Shown here: positions 41,601 through 53,600 of the stretch, piece after piece
How positions within the stretch are numbered: the stretch's first letter is position 1
How the letters are laid out: the number at the start of each line of letters is the position of its first letter
Assembly: GCA_002633005.1 (NCBI GenBank)
Contig: NMRA01000166.1
Coordinates: forward strand, 558,001 to 622,000
DNA length: 64,000 bases
Source of the DNA: Phoronis australis
Lineage: Eukaryota > Animalia > Phoronida
Reading direction: 5' to 3'
Position numbers and translations under genes: made by a program
Notes under the pieces: model-generated
What the model saw: the letters and a program-made list of their open reading frames with translations, nothing else
Database searches by the model: none
What the model was told of the DNA's origin: nothing

Positions 41601-44600
41601 CCGTGTCTTCGTCATCTGCCACCCAGGGAAAAATCATCCAGTTGCCCCTTAAAGGGTGCAGGTGAATATAGCCTGTGATTTTCCCAGTTTCATTTTTAGC
41701 TACATAAGTAAAAGAAGCTGTTGTTGTGGTGAGAACTTGTAGCATAACGTTTCGATCCATTGGGTGAATTTCTTGGTCATACTGCACCAATTCATTCATC
41801 TCCACATCATGCCCATGGAATGGCAAGGCACTTATTCCTTCAATGTGTGGCTTCGTAATTTCTTTACGTAGCTTTCCTATGTACATGGCAGTGTGGTGTA
41901 AACAATGCTTCACCAGTCCAGACCTCAGGTTCCTCTCTTCTCTGTCTGTGACACTGAAGATGGAGATGTTTCTGTTGCCGACACGCTGGTATCTAGCTGC
42001 TTTCAGCATACGCCCCACTCCCTGATTTCTGTACCTCTCAGTCACGTAGTGAAAACTACCACAAAACCGCTTTCTACTGATGATAGTGCCATGAATACAA
42101 CCTGTAAAAATATCATTTAAATGAGTAGTTTGACAGTTTCCCCTCCTGTACATGCCAGTGTTGTCTATTTACAGTTTTGTGTATAGAACAGGCAGATCTC
42201 CAAGAGACATTGATAACAACTAGTGTACGTAGAATGACGTCCATATTTGGAGACTGGTCATGTGTCATCTTTAGGTAGAAATAAAATGAAGCAAGGGTTG
42301 CAGTTACACGAACAGATCATTAAAGGTCATACAGAGGTGCAAGCCAATGGTTAAACCCCAATACGATGGCAGGATCTAAGGAAACTGAGCTAGCAGGCGG
42401 CACAATCTCCACATATCAAACGGTCTCCTTTCCAGTAGTTTTCTGGCCGTATTGGTGTGGAGGTAGAATTAGCAGCTCATGGGGGTACTCTGACTCTGTT
42501 CCCCTGGTCTGTCCCATCGTGGCTTGCATCTTGAGGTGTCCTTAAAGGAGCATGCCACTCAAAAAACAACCTAATTTGCATCAATTTAGATCGAGTTGTT
42601 CTACTCGATAACGGCATGTACGGTTGCATTACCTGACGGCAGACGGAGGTGTTGAAATTATCCAATGACGTAATTGGTTTCACACGCAGTCTGTTCAGTA
42701 GTTCACAACACCGGTTACTGGTGTCAGCTTATCGCTTGAATTCATCGTTTAACACCAATAAATCATCAAACTTCGATGTAAATCCCTTAAAAATACACCG
42801 AGTTCTGATAAAAACATGTTGTTTTATTTCACTGTTACGTATTTATTGGTGTTTGGACACACTGTAGCCTTATGGGTTCAGCAAGCAAAGTCCGTAGCAG
42901 GAGTTCGGGGTCTGTTCGGAGATAAATTCGAAGTATTTTTCCATGAGATACAGACAGAAGAACCTAGATTTGTGTTGTTTAGACTTGTGATTTTTTGAGT
43001 TCTAAACACACAAAACGCTTGTTATCCTGGCCAGTGGCTCGTAGCCCGATCAGGCCTGTCGCGGCCGGCGGGACTGAAGACATCACGAACGTAAACCAGC
43101 CAAAGTTGGAAACTAAGCTTTCAGTCAAGAAAATACTATACTAGTGAGCCAAAGAAGTAATGTGCACGTGATTATGTTGGTGAATTAGCCACGAAACTGC
43201 AAATCTACTTACTCGATCGTCCGGGGCCGCGAATTCAGGGGCCGCGAATTCAGGTTCTGCTTTGGCAACAGAACTGTCAGGGTAGAAGTTATACATTGAA
43301 AATCATTATTTGAATAAAGTAAATGTAAATAAGGATTCCCCTAACACCTGGCTGTAGGATAGAAATCGAGTTGTTTCACAACAGTTTCAGTCGGCAAACA
43401 CTGAATTAGCATGAGCTCACACGGCCTCGGTGTCCCGTCAATTAGTTTATTGCACCTAAAGCAAGTAACGCAGTGATTTATATTCATTGCTGGATTCTCA
43501 AATCATTTGCACTCACGAGCACTCCAAAGGCATTACAAATTGCATCTAATGAGACAGACCTTGTTTCAGTTTTATATTGGTTAAGTTGAGAATGATTCAT
43601 TTTGAAACAAAAAATTCAGTTATAAATGTCAATATGCCAAGTGGCAACTCGCAATCCTGACTTAGACAGGAGCTCATCCCGACGAAGACTACGCAGGTGA
43701 ATTGTTAAGTTTCACAGGCTATTAGTTCGAACCGGAATACAGTGATAACGAAATGCCCTACTAGAAAGGCGCCGTGAACAAGCTCAGACAACGGAACGTA
43801 TGGATAGCTTTTGGTAAGCCGGCATTCATCAGGCACTGTCGACGACTGCAGGCCACAGACACGGAGATGTTTCACGGCCTCATACTTGCTATTTACATTG
43901 TATTTTTCATTCTTCACTACGGCAAGCCATTTCCTAAGCATTTCGAACTCTCGAGGAAGTCGAAAAAACGCTTTCCTCACAGCTGCATAGTTCGGACAAG
44001 CGGGAACGATGCACCGCAACGTAGCGGCATTCACTCTGCAAATGAACCTCTGACGTCGCTGCGTCGTTTCTCACCTTCCTCACAGGTTAACGCGACACCT
44101 CTCGGCAAGGTAAGGTCGACCGTATGCGAGGTGATGTGGATATAGACCGATTAAGATGGCAAAAAAGACTAATTAAATCGGGTGGCATTCTCCTTTAACA
44201 TCATCACTTTCAAAACCACAGAGAGAAAGTCATCTTTTGAGTTGGGGGAACATGCAGTTGGCATATGATATTTCAAGAAGAGAGCTTCTGATTTTATTCA
44301 TATTTTATTCCAACGTGGTAAGGGATCAGATGATCTTAGAGACCTGAACCTTGCTTTCAACGTCTGCATTAGATTTTAATTTAAAGAGTTTAACTTGGTC
44401 TACATATTGTTCAGCTTTAAAAACGAGGTGTAGGTATAGCATCGTCAGGGGTCAGCCGATTTTGGCAATGTTGACCTCACCTTGAAGGCAAGAAATTTAA
44501 AAGTTCTGGTAAAATATTGTCACGTTTCAAGTAGGAAGTTTTACACTTTATTCACTAAGGTGCATTTCCAGGCATCGGTTGAATTTGATGATCTTTGTTT

Positions 44601-47600
44601 TTAAGGTTATCGAGAAATTTTCATGAAGCTATGGAACATCTTGTACTTTTGGAAAGTTCATTTTTAGTGCGAAATTTTGAAAGTTTAGGAATTGTAATTG
44701 AGTGATCATTTTCAAATATATTGGAAATAAAGTGTTGCAAAATCATTACAAACGAAATAATAGTCTAAAAATGCACCAATCTTTCAGCCACAAACTTCAT
44801 GTCAAAACATTTTTATTCACCCACAAAAAGTTTGTGGTCCCATATAGTCAGCATCTTCATCTGTCTTGTTAGTACTTTGATGTCCATCAATGTTTTTTTG
44901 AAAAGCATTGGGCGATTAATGATGAAATTAACCCCAGATGTATAATTTATGGCAGGGTTGCATTGGCACCAGTTGATTTTCTAACTGATTGGCCATATTA
45001 AATTTTGACAAGAATTTCCTTGTCTGTCAATTTTTGGGAAAACAATGTGACAATTTTGCTGAAGCTTGGGAAAGAGGGCAGAGGCATAAGGCGAGAATGT
45101 GCTGGCAGCAGTCTGTTTTTGCATTGATTCAAGAACTGCTGCACTGCTGGCTGGTTGTTATTTTTTGATCAGAAATTTCTTTTCCATCGATCAGTAAAGC
45201 AACTACCCTAGCTGATAGTCTCTGTTGGCAATTTTAGTTTTCAACAAGATTTTCCTTGCCTGTTAATCATTGTCATAACAGCTTGACAGATTGTGAAAGC
45301 TGGCACAAGGCTAAGACTTAGATGTGCTTTAACAGTCAATTTTTGGATGAATTTGGTCGTTTTGGTTTTCGTCATCATATTTGCTTGTTTGTCAATTATT
45401 GTCAAAACATTTAATGTTTTCTTGCAGATCCAGTTATTGTTATAAATCTCACCTATGACTTCTTGGGAGTCTTTGAGCTCAGCACAAAGAAATGATCCTG
45501 GATCCATGTCATACATTTCCCTCAGGAAGTCAGCATCATAAAATGGCCAGTCCTTTTCAGTTAGTTCCAGTATAGTGTAGATTTCATCTCTCTTGATAGG
45601 TTTAATGTTTACATTGTTCCTATCAAGGGTCATTTTGGTACTTTGTTGTGTTTTTCCACTTAGTTGTCTCATTCCTTGGGGTAGGGCTCTCATGAAGGTC
45701 TTTAGTGGTCTCAAACAGGCTCCCAAATTATACATTGTCACTGGTTTGCCAACTATGGTGGCTGTTGTTTGTATTACCAGGTCAACCCTAGTATTAATAA
45801 CCCTTATCCCCCTCAGCCTCTGCTCAGACTAAGTTCCCTTTATGCTGAGCTAAGTAGGTCACCTAACTATTGCTGTACACTGGCAAAGATTATTTGATGT
45901 TGGGTCACTCAGATTAAAGACAGGCTAAAATGAGCCAACTGCCATTTAGATATGTTAAATACATGTACTTTAGTGCAACATATCTTTGTTTCGTTTTATT
46001 CCACATAACAAATAACTAATTACTTCACATTTTATGCCCCCCATATTTTGTGCCCCCATCGGAAACCCCTTTTATCCTTTGGATGATAGACTGGTCTATT
46101 GACCTCATCCTTGTGATCAACACATCACCCACTAACCACAATCTGAGCAGTTGATCAGCTGCTGGTACAGTAAAAAATTAAGTGGTTTCAAGTCTGTTTT
46201 TGGCGTCCACCCCTCTATCAATCAAACCATCCCAAGGATGATTTTGAAAATTGGCGTTTGTGTTCTCAGTGTGAAGAGAACAGTTGATTACGACTTTGAC
46301 TACTGTGGAGCTTCAAAACACTGCACATCTCCACCCAGGTATTCAACCTGTAAATAATACAGTGCGAACATCTTTCCTGTCATTTGCAAGAGCGTAATTC
46401 CACGGTAATCTGTTTGGTGTTTATTGCCAAATTTGAGAATGGGCACTATTACTTCTAAATTCCATTCAGACGGTAGTTCCCAATATATCAAAAATCTTAT
46501 TGTACATGGAGCCTAACAAAGAAAAAAATGCGGACATCACGTATTTAAAGAATTCTGAGGAGATACCATATCGCTCCCTACAGCTTTCCAAGCCTCATCT
46601 GACCTAGACACATTATAACTTCATCCACAATTATTACACAATTAAACACCAACTGCTCATCTCCGCTTCCATGTTGAATACTACATCCATGAGCATTTAC
46701 AAAATTTACAACATATACATACTTCTCTCCCACTGTATCTCAACACTCATTATATAAAAGTGCTATACCACTGCGAGCCTGTAATTGCAGGAAAATCCGA
46801 ATTTTACTGTCTTCAGCTGGCTCCAAATTTTTTTACTGTTTTCCTCTCGAGATAATACCGGCGTCATCGTGGCATTCTCCTTAAACGTCTTTTTCTTACT
46901 CTTAATTGTTAATTTTTGTATTTTTTGTTTGTTTCTATATCTGTTTGAATTTTCAGTAGTATGGTTTCTCCTATAATTTCTAAGGTGGCTATGCACCTCC
47001 AATTTATATTCTTGACACTCTTTACCAAACCATGCAGTTATCACATTGTCGTACCGGTGGACAATGACAAAGTTTCATACCAGAGCTCAAAGCTGGGCTT
47101 TCAACTAATTAGCACACACTTTTTACAACTTCATCAATATTTCACAAGTCGTCCTGCAGTGACAACATTATTGTCTCAACAGTTAGTGCTATTCACCGAT
47201 GACATGTTTTCCATATAAGCGTTTTTATTTTGTTCTTTCTACTTTATTTGTCTGTTTAATGTGCAACCCTGAGATGTTGGTTTCCAGGTTTATCTTTGTA
47301 TATTCCGGAATCAGTGCAAAATATTCTGCATGTCAAAAGTTGAACTGTTAATTAAGAAAATCTGAGGAAATAAAAGTAATGCTATAAACACATTTAGGGC
47401 ATGGCATAGATTTGTTTCACGTAATTTTTATGGCCTAAAGTGGGTTTAAAAAAGTGCAGAACTGTTCCATCCACTTTGACACCAAATAAGAAAAGTTTCA
47501 TTTGAAAAATGATCATCTTCAAGTTAGATTTAATTGATCATAATCTATATTGCCCGGGGTACGCGAGAAGTTATGTTGCAGAGTAAAACAAGATGAGGAT

Positions 47601-50600
47601 TGGGAATAATGTCATTATTGTGGTGAAAGTAGGAAGGGATTAAGAAGTGTGTAAGATATGCTTGGTGGCATAGTATATGGGAGACCTGGCCCATGCGTGG
47701 CAACGTAACCCGGGCAATAACAGTGTAGACTATGTACAGAAATATATACAGGGAATAACAACGTACAAGAAAAACTGGTAATGTGAAAGTTAATGAAAAC
47801 TGAGATAAAAAGTATGTGGTAATACTGACTAGAATCTGAAGTGATTACAACGACAGACCTTTAGGGCACAGGCTACAACAGACCTGCAGCTGCTCGGGGG
47901 AAGAGGTAGGCTGCAAGAACAGACCCGACCTGTCTACAATGCACATCTAACCCCCCTCCGCAACTACTAAACAAAAATAGGAACACTACTGTAATAAATA
48001 ACTGAATTTGGACGCAACCTGCTCAAAACTGACCAGTAGCTTCACAACCACCATCTTAAGACTAACAGCTTGGACTTGTCCGTCACCATCATCTTTGTAG
48101 GAATCTGGAAATGGCTCAGAAATGACATCCTGAAAGCAAAGCTGAAGGTGACAGCAAGTGTATATCATTCAGATCTCCATTCCCAACATTTTTAACTTTT
48201 TTCTTTCACATGACCTCAAGATATTAGACTGCTGAGGACAACTTTCAAACAAATTCTATTTCTGTTGATGTTTTACAAAGTTAAATTGCCATATTGTGGG
48301 CTAAATAGGTGTAAAATTACTGTACTGCTGTGCTCCAGTGGCTTTTTTGCACCTGCAGCGATATCTAGTGAACGCCGTTGGTAAGTATCGATGTAAACTA
48401 CTCCTGAACTCTTGCTCTTGTTTCCTACTTTTTCCTACTTTTCACTTCACAGTTCCTACTTTTTTGTGTCCTATTTTTCCTACTTTTTGCCTAAAACTGC
48501 TTCAAAGCCTGTACCTAGGACCATAAAGCGTTTGTTAACTTGTGTTTATTTACCGTGAGTCAAAGAAACGGGCAAGGATCTTGGTAGTCTACGGCAATAA
48601 ACACCAGTCAAATTCTGATGGACAGTTGTCCATGATGACAAGACAGTTAATTGCTCAAATGCTCTTTCTAAACATGTTGCAAAATCTTTTCCAGCATCAT
48701 CACTGCCGTGCCGCAAGTTCATCGAAAGCAACTGTCTGGGCTATGTGGTGACATGCTTAAGCAGCCATGATGAGGCTGTGAGAGGACTCGCCCGCTTCAT
48801 ACTTACTGACTTTCATGCACACCTAGAAGGCGCCACTAAGTTCTCAGACTGCGACCAATTCATGTATTCACTGGAGTGTGTGCGCAATGCCCTGGACAAG
48901 GAGAATGGCAAGCTACCTTGTATCATCACAACATTTCTGTTCAAGACTTTTCAACATCTTCTGAAGCCTGGTAATCACTGATGTTTGTGCTGCACCTGTC
49001 TTGTCTGTTAGTTTTCATCTTTTCAAATTATAGGTAGTTGTCTTTTCTTGATATCTAAGATTTATTGCACATGCCACAATAAATGTTATCCTAGTTTAAT
49101 TATGATAAGAAAGTTAGGTATAGATCCTCTTGTAGGAAATGTACGCCTGTTCAATTAGGTTACATAAAACTTGAAAACTTTACCTGCTGGTTAAGATTGA
49201 TCCTGGTGATGTATGTGTAACTGGGGCGGTATCTACGACCAAGGCGCCCCGATTTTACGAGCCCAGTGCGGACTGAGGGTGATATTGAAAACTAATAGTT
49301 GGTGAATAGTACAGAAGAGGTACCAGTAAATACACTGTTTCACACTTACTAGCAGTCCAGTTGTACCGTGATCTAGTAGGCCTATTGCGGCATTGGGATT
49401 TATACAGTTCTGATACACGGGTAGGCCAGTCGCTAATTAATAGTTGTATTGTAAGAACGGGGGCAATTTAGTTGTTCAGATCCGAAAAGTGAGATGCCCG
49501 AGAATTGCTGGGGCTAAACTATTGGCAACCCAGTTCGGGAGGAGCCCGAAAGCTGCACAAATAGTTGGAATTTGGCGTGAGAGTGTAGGTGTTAACTTCT
49601 TGAGCTCTTCGACTGGACTCTCGTGTCTGACAGAGACAAAGTTTAAGTTCACAATTTCAACCAATCAGACAGGATCTGAAGGGCAAGGCCCACAACTCCT
49701 AGACTCTGACCATATTTGGCCATATCCAAAGGACCCAAAAATTACAGGAAAATTCCATACATAATGCACAGCTTGACCACTAGTGCATATATCTTATTTA
49801 TATTATCATGTCCAGAGCACTCCTGTTACATAAGAGTCATAGCTTTTTCACAGTGGCTGCATGTTGTTGCACACATTGTCGTAAATACCACCAAAATCTC
49901 AGTTGTCCATCACCAGCTGCTGTAGTTAGTATCTGTACACATTGTTTTGCTAGTAGGTACTATGCTGGCAGGCAATGTTAATATTTTATAATACACCAGC
50001 TGTGTGAGCTGAGAAAAACCTGACTCCAACTCTTATAAAATTATGGGGACCAGCTTTTAGACTTAATATGTTGCATTATGATGTGATCAAGGACCTGAGC
50101 TGCAGGCTTGAAACGTTAGGCGCAACTAACCAGATGTCTCCTAGCAAGTAACTTCCTGGTCTTTTACCATCGTCACAGGCAACAACCATGAACTCTTTTA
50201 ACCATGTTGCATTACATTGGTCATCAATTGACTGTGTGATGCATGATATTGCCGTTAATTTAAGGTTGGGTGCCAGTATTTGATAATCAATGTGAGGTCG
50301 ATGCTGCCATTTCGATACCGATACTCTTTTGATATCGAATGCAAAATAAAGTAAAGTTGGACGTATTTGGTCTTTTAACCCTGGAGAGGCTGGATAAGTA
50401 AGGTACCCAGATGAAAATGTACTCTTTTAGAGAGTAAGCATTCCTTGGGCATGTTAGCTTTGAATTCATGGGTTATGTTACTTTGAATTCATACTACGTA
50501 ATGTTTGTTTTAGATCAACACATGTACATGCAACTCAACTCTTTCCTGTTGTTGAAGCCCATTATGGACGTGTTCAATGTGCCAGAGTTTTACAAGTTGT

Positions 50601-53600
50601 TCAACAGTAGCTACATTGAGGTTAGTATAAAACTGGTGTTTCCTTGAGCTAGTCATATTAGAACATTTGCATGCCAAGCTTTATTTAACTTTCAGTAACT
50701 ACAGACTGGTGTTTTTATTGCAACATGAAATGAACCCTTCTGCTTATTAATTTGCTGTAGCTAACAAGATTCAGCATTTAAATATTGGGAAATATCACAC
50801 CTTTCAGACAGTGTGTTACAATATCTGATCATTTGTGATGATTAGATTATTTTAGGTTAACAAGCCTACTAGTTGATTCTGTTCTTGTTTTTTTAAATAG
50901 AGTGTTGTGGTATTGTTTAGCTGCTGACTTTTTAAAAAAAAATACAAAATCCGCCTGAGACAATCTAGGCTTTATCTTGGTAAGTAATTTATCCGCTTCT
51001 ATTAGTTTTCCCTTGGTTTGTAATACTTTACTATCTATGTAACTAGTATGGAAAGTGACCTGAATGGCTAACATCTTGGCTTTGCGTTCATGTCTATCGA
51101 GCAAACAGAAATAACTGAGTACACAGACTGCATTCAATAACAAGTCCAACATTTTGTTTACTCTACGCCATTGAATGCAGACCCAAGATGGGAGCCTTTT
51201 GCTGGACAGTTAAAGGAGAATGCCACTCGATTTAGTTAGTCTTTTTTACCATCTTAATCAGTCTATATCCACATCGCCTCTTATACGGTCGACCTCACCT
51301 TGCCGAGAGGTGTCCCGTTAACCTGTGCGGAAGGTGAGAAATGACGCAGCGACGTCAGTGGTTCGTCTGCAGGGTGAATGCCGCTGTATTGCGGTGCATC
51401 GTTCCCGCTTGTCCGAACTATGAAGCTGTGAAGAAAGCGGCTATATCGTTTTTTTGACTTCCTCGAGAGCCCGAAATGCTTAGGAAGTGGCTCGCGGTAA
51501 TGAAAAATGAAAGGTATGCTGTTAGTAGCAAGTATGAGGCCGTGAAACATCTCCGTGTCTGTGACCGGCATTTTGTCGACAGTGATTTCTCTGACGAATT
51601 CCGTCTTACCAAAGAACTATCCATACGTTCGATTGCCTATGCATGTTCACGGCGCCTCTCTAGTATTTCTTGATCAGTGTATTCCGGTTCCAACTGATAG
51701 CCTGTGAAACCTAACCATCCGACTCGTGAAGTCTTCATCGGATGAGCTCTTGACTAAGTCAGGATTGGCGCCGGGCGAGTTGCCATGTAGACGTTTATTA
51801 TTCTGCGTTCTGTTTCAAAATGATCTTAACCAATGCTTATATGAAACTGAAACAAAGTCTGTCTGCCTTGGAGTGCTCGTGAGTGCAAATGTTTTGAGAA
51901 GCCAGCAATGAATAAACCACTGCGTTACCGGCTTTTGATGTCGGCAACAAAGGTAATTGACTGGGCACCGAGGCCGTGTGAGCACATGCTAATTCAGTGT
52001 TTGCTGGCTGAAAGCTGTTGTGAAACAATTACTCGCATGGTCACATGTTAGGGGAATCTTTATTTAGAAATGCAAATACATTATTCAAATCATTGTTACT
52101 GTTCAACCTTTGCCCTGGTGGTCTGTGGAAGGGGAACCAGACTTCGCGGTCCCCGACAAGTAAGTAGATTAATTTCAGTTTCATGCCTAATTCACATATA
52201 TAATTACGTGCACATTATTTCTTTGGCTCACTACTGTAGTCTTATCATAACTGGAGGTTTAGTTTCCAACTCAAGCTGGTTTACGTTCGTGCCAGTCCCG
52301 GCGGCCGCAACGGGCCTGATCGGGTTCCGAGCCACTGGCCGGGATAACTCCTGTCTGTATTTCACGGAAGAATATTTCGAATTTATCTCCGAACAGACCT
52401 CAAACTCCTGTTACGGAATTTGGTAAATTGGCCTTCCGAACTTTGTGGGCTACGGTGTGTCCAAATACCAGTAAATCCGTATCAGCGAAATAAAACATGT
52501 TTTTATAAGAACTCGGTGTATTTTTAAGGGTTTTACATCAAAGTTTGATGATTTATTGGTGTTAAACGACGAATTGAAGCGATAATCTGATACCACTAAC
52601 CCGTGTTGTGAACTGCTGAACAGACTGCGTTTGAAACCAATTACATCATTGGATAATTTCAACACCTCCGTCTGCTGTCAGGTGTCAGGTAACGCAACCG
52701 AACCTGCAATTATTGAGTAGAACTACTCGATCTGAACTGATACAAAATAGTTTTTTTTTGGGTGGCATTCTCCTTTAACGTCACTTTCTGTTGTTGCATG
52801 GACACCAGGCCAATGGTAATTAAGGCAGAAAAGTGTCTTTTCCAATAGAATAATGGAACTGAATTAATATTGTATAAAGGTAAGAATCAAAATGATTGCT
52901 TTCATCTTTAACTGAGAATGTCAGCGCACTTTGTCTTTTAAAGTGTGCTTGTACTCAACATTCTGTATTTGCGTGTAAAAATTTATGTTCCAGTGTTTCA
53001 GTGCTAAAAGCAATCAACTATACATTACTTAAAGTACAACCTAACCCTAAAGGTTTGCCACCAGTTGAAACGCTGTAAGCTGTCACTCTTTTTAAGTCAG
53101 TTTTAGCATGGTCCCAAACATGTTGAGCTTAGGAAGGTGGTTTGCTGCATGATTTTATGGTGTTTCTTAATGAAATGGAGTGCACAATTGATTTCATTGT
53201 AATGTTTTGTGGTTGTCATTCATTCAGTTAATGTTTGCATTTTATGGCCATGGATTTGGTTGATTCTCTTAATTTTAATTTAATATTGTGATTTTGAAAT
53301 GAGGGTGACCTCTTCAGTGATAGCACTGCTTTCCAAGAGGGCCATCAACAACAAAATACAGTTAATAATACAATGAAGTAATAAAACAACAAGTAAATAT
53401 TTACCTAAAAATTATTTAATTGAAACAGGTTGAGAATTAAGACAATAAATAAATGATGAAGAATGGTGAAAATTTAACTAAGAGAAATAAAATAAATAAA
53501 GAAATGACTCTAAACAGTGATTCTTTGAAACTTTTCCTCTGTTCAGCATTCAACTGCTTTGCAGATGCATTAATATAGGATATTATTCATTTCAGTTCAA

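Noticed and set aside
42542-44198. piggyBac or P-element assignment for the THAP elements
   Set aside because: The termini are AG...CT rather than CC...GG, and the TSD is TTAA rather than 8 bp; Kolobok fits better.
49216-49632. Possible solo LTR (TGT...ACA, GC-richer island)
   Set aside because: No TSD, no second copy and no PBS/PPT seen; boundaries are uncertain.
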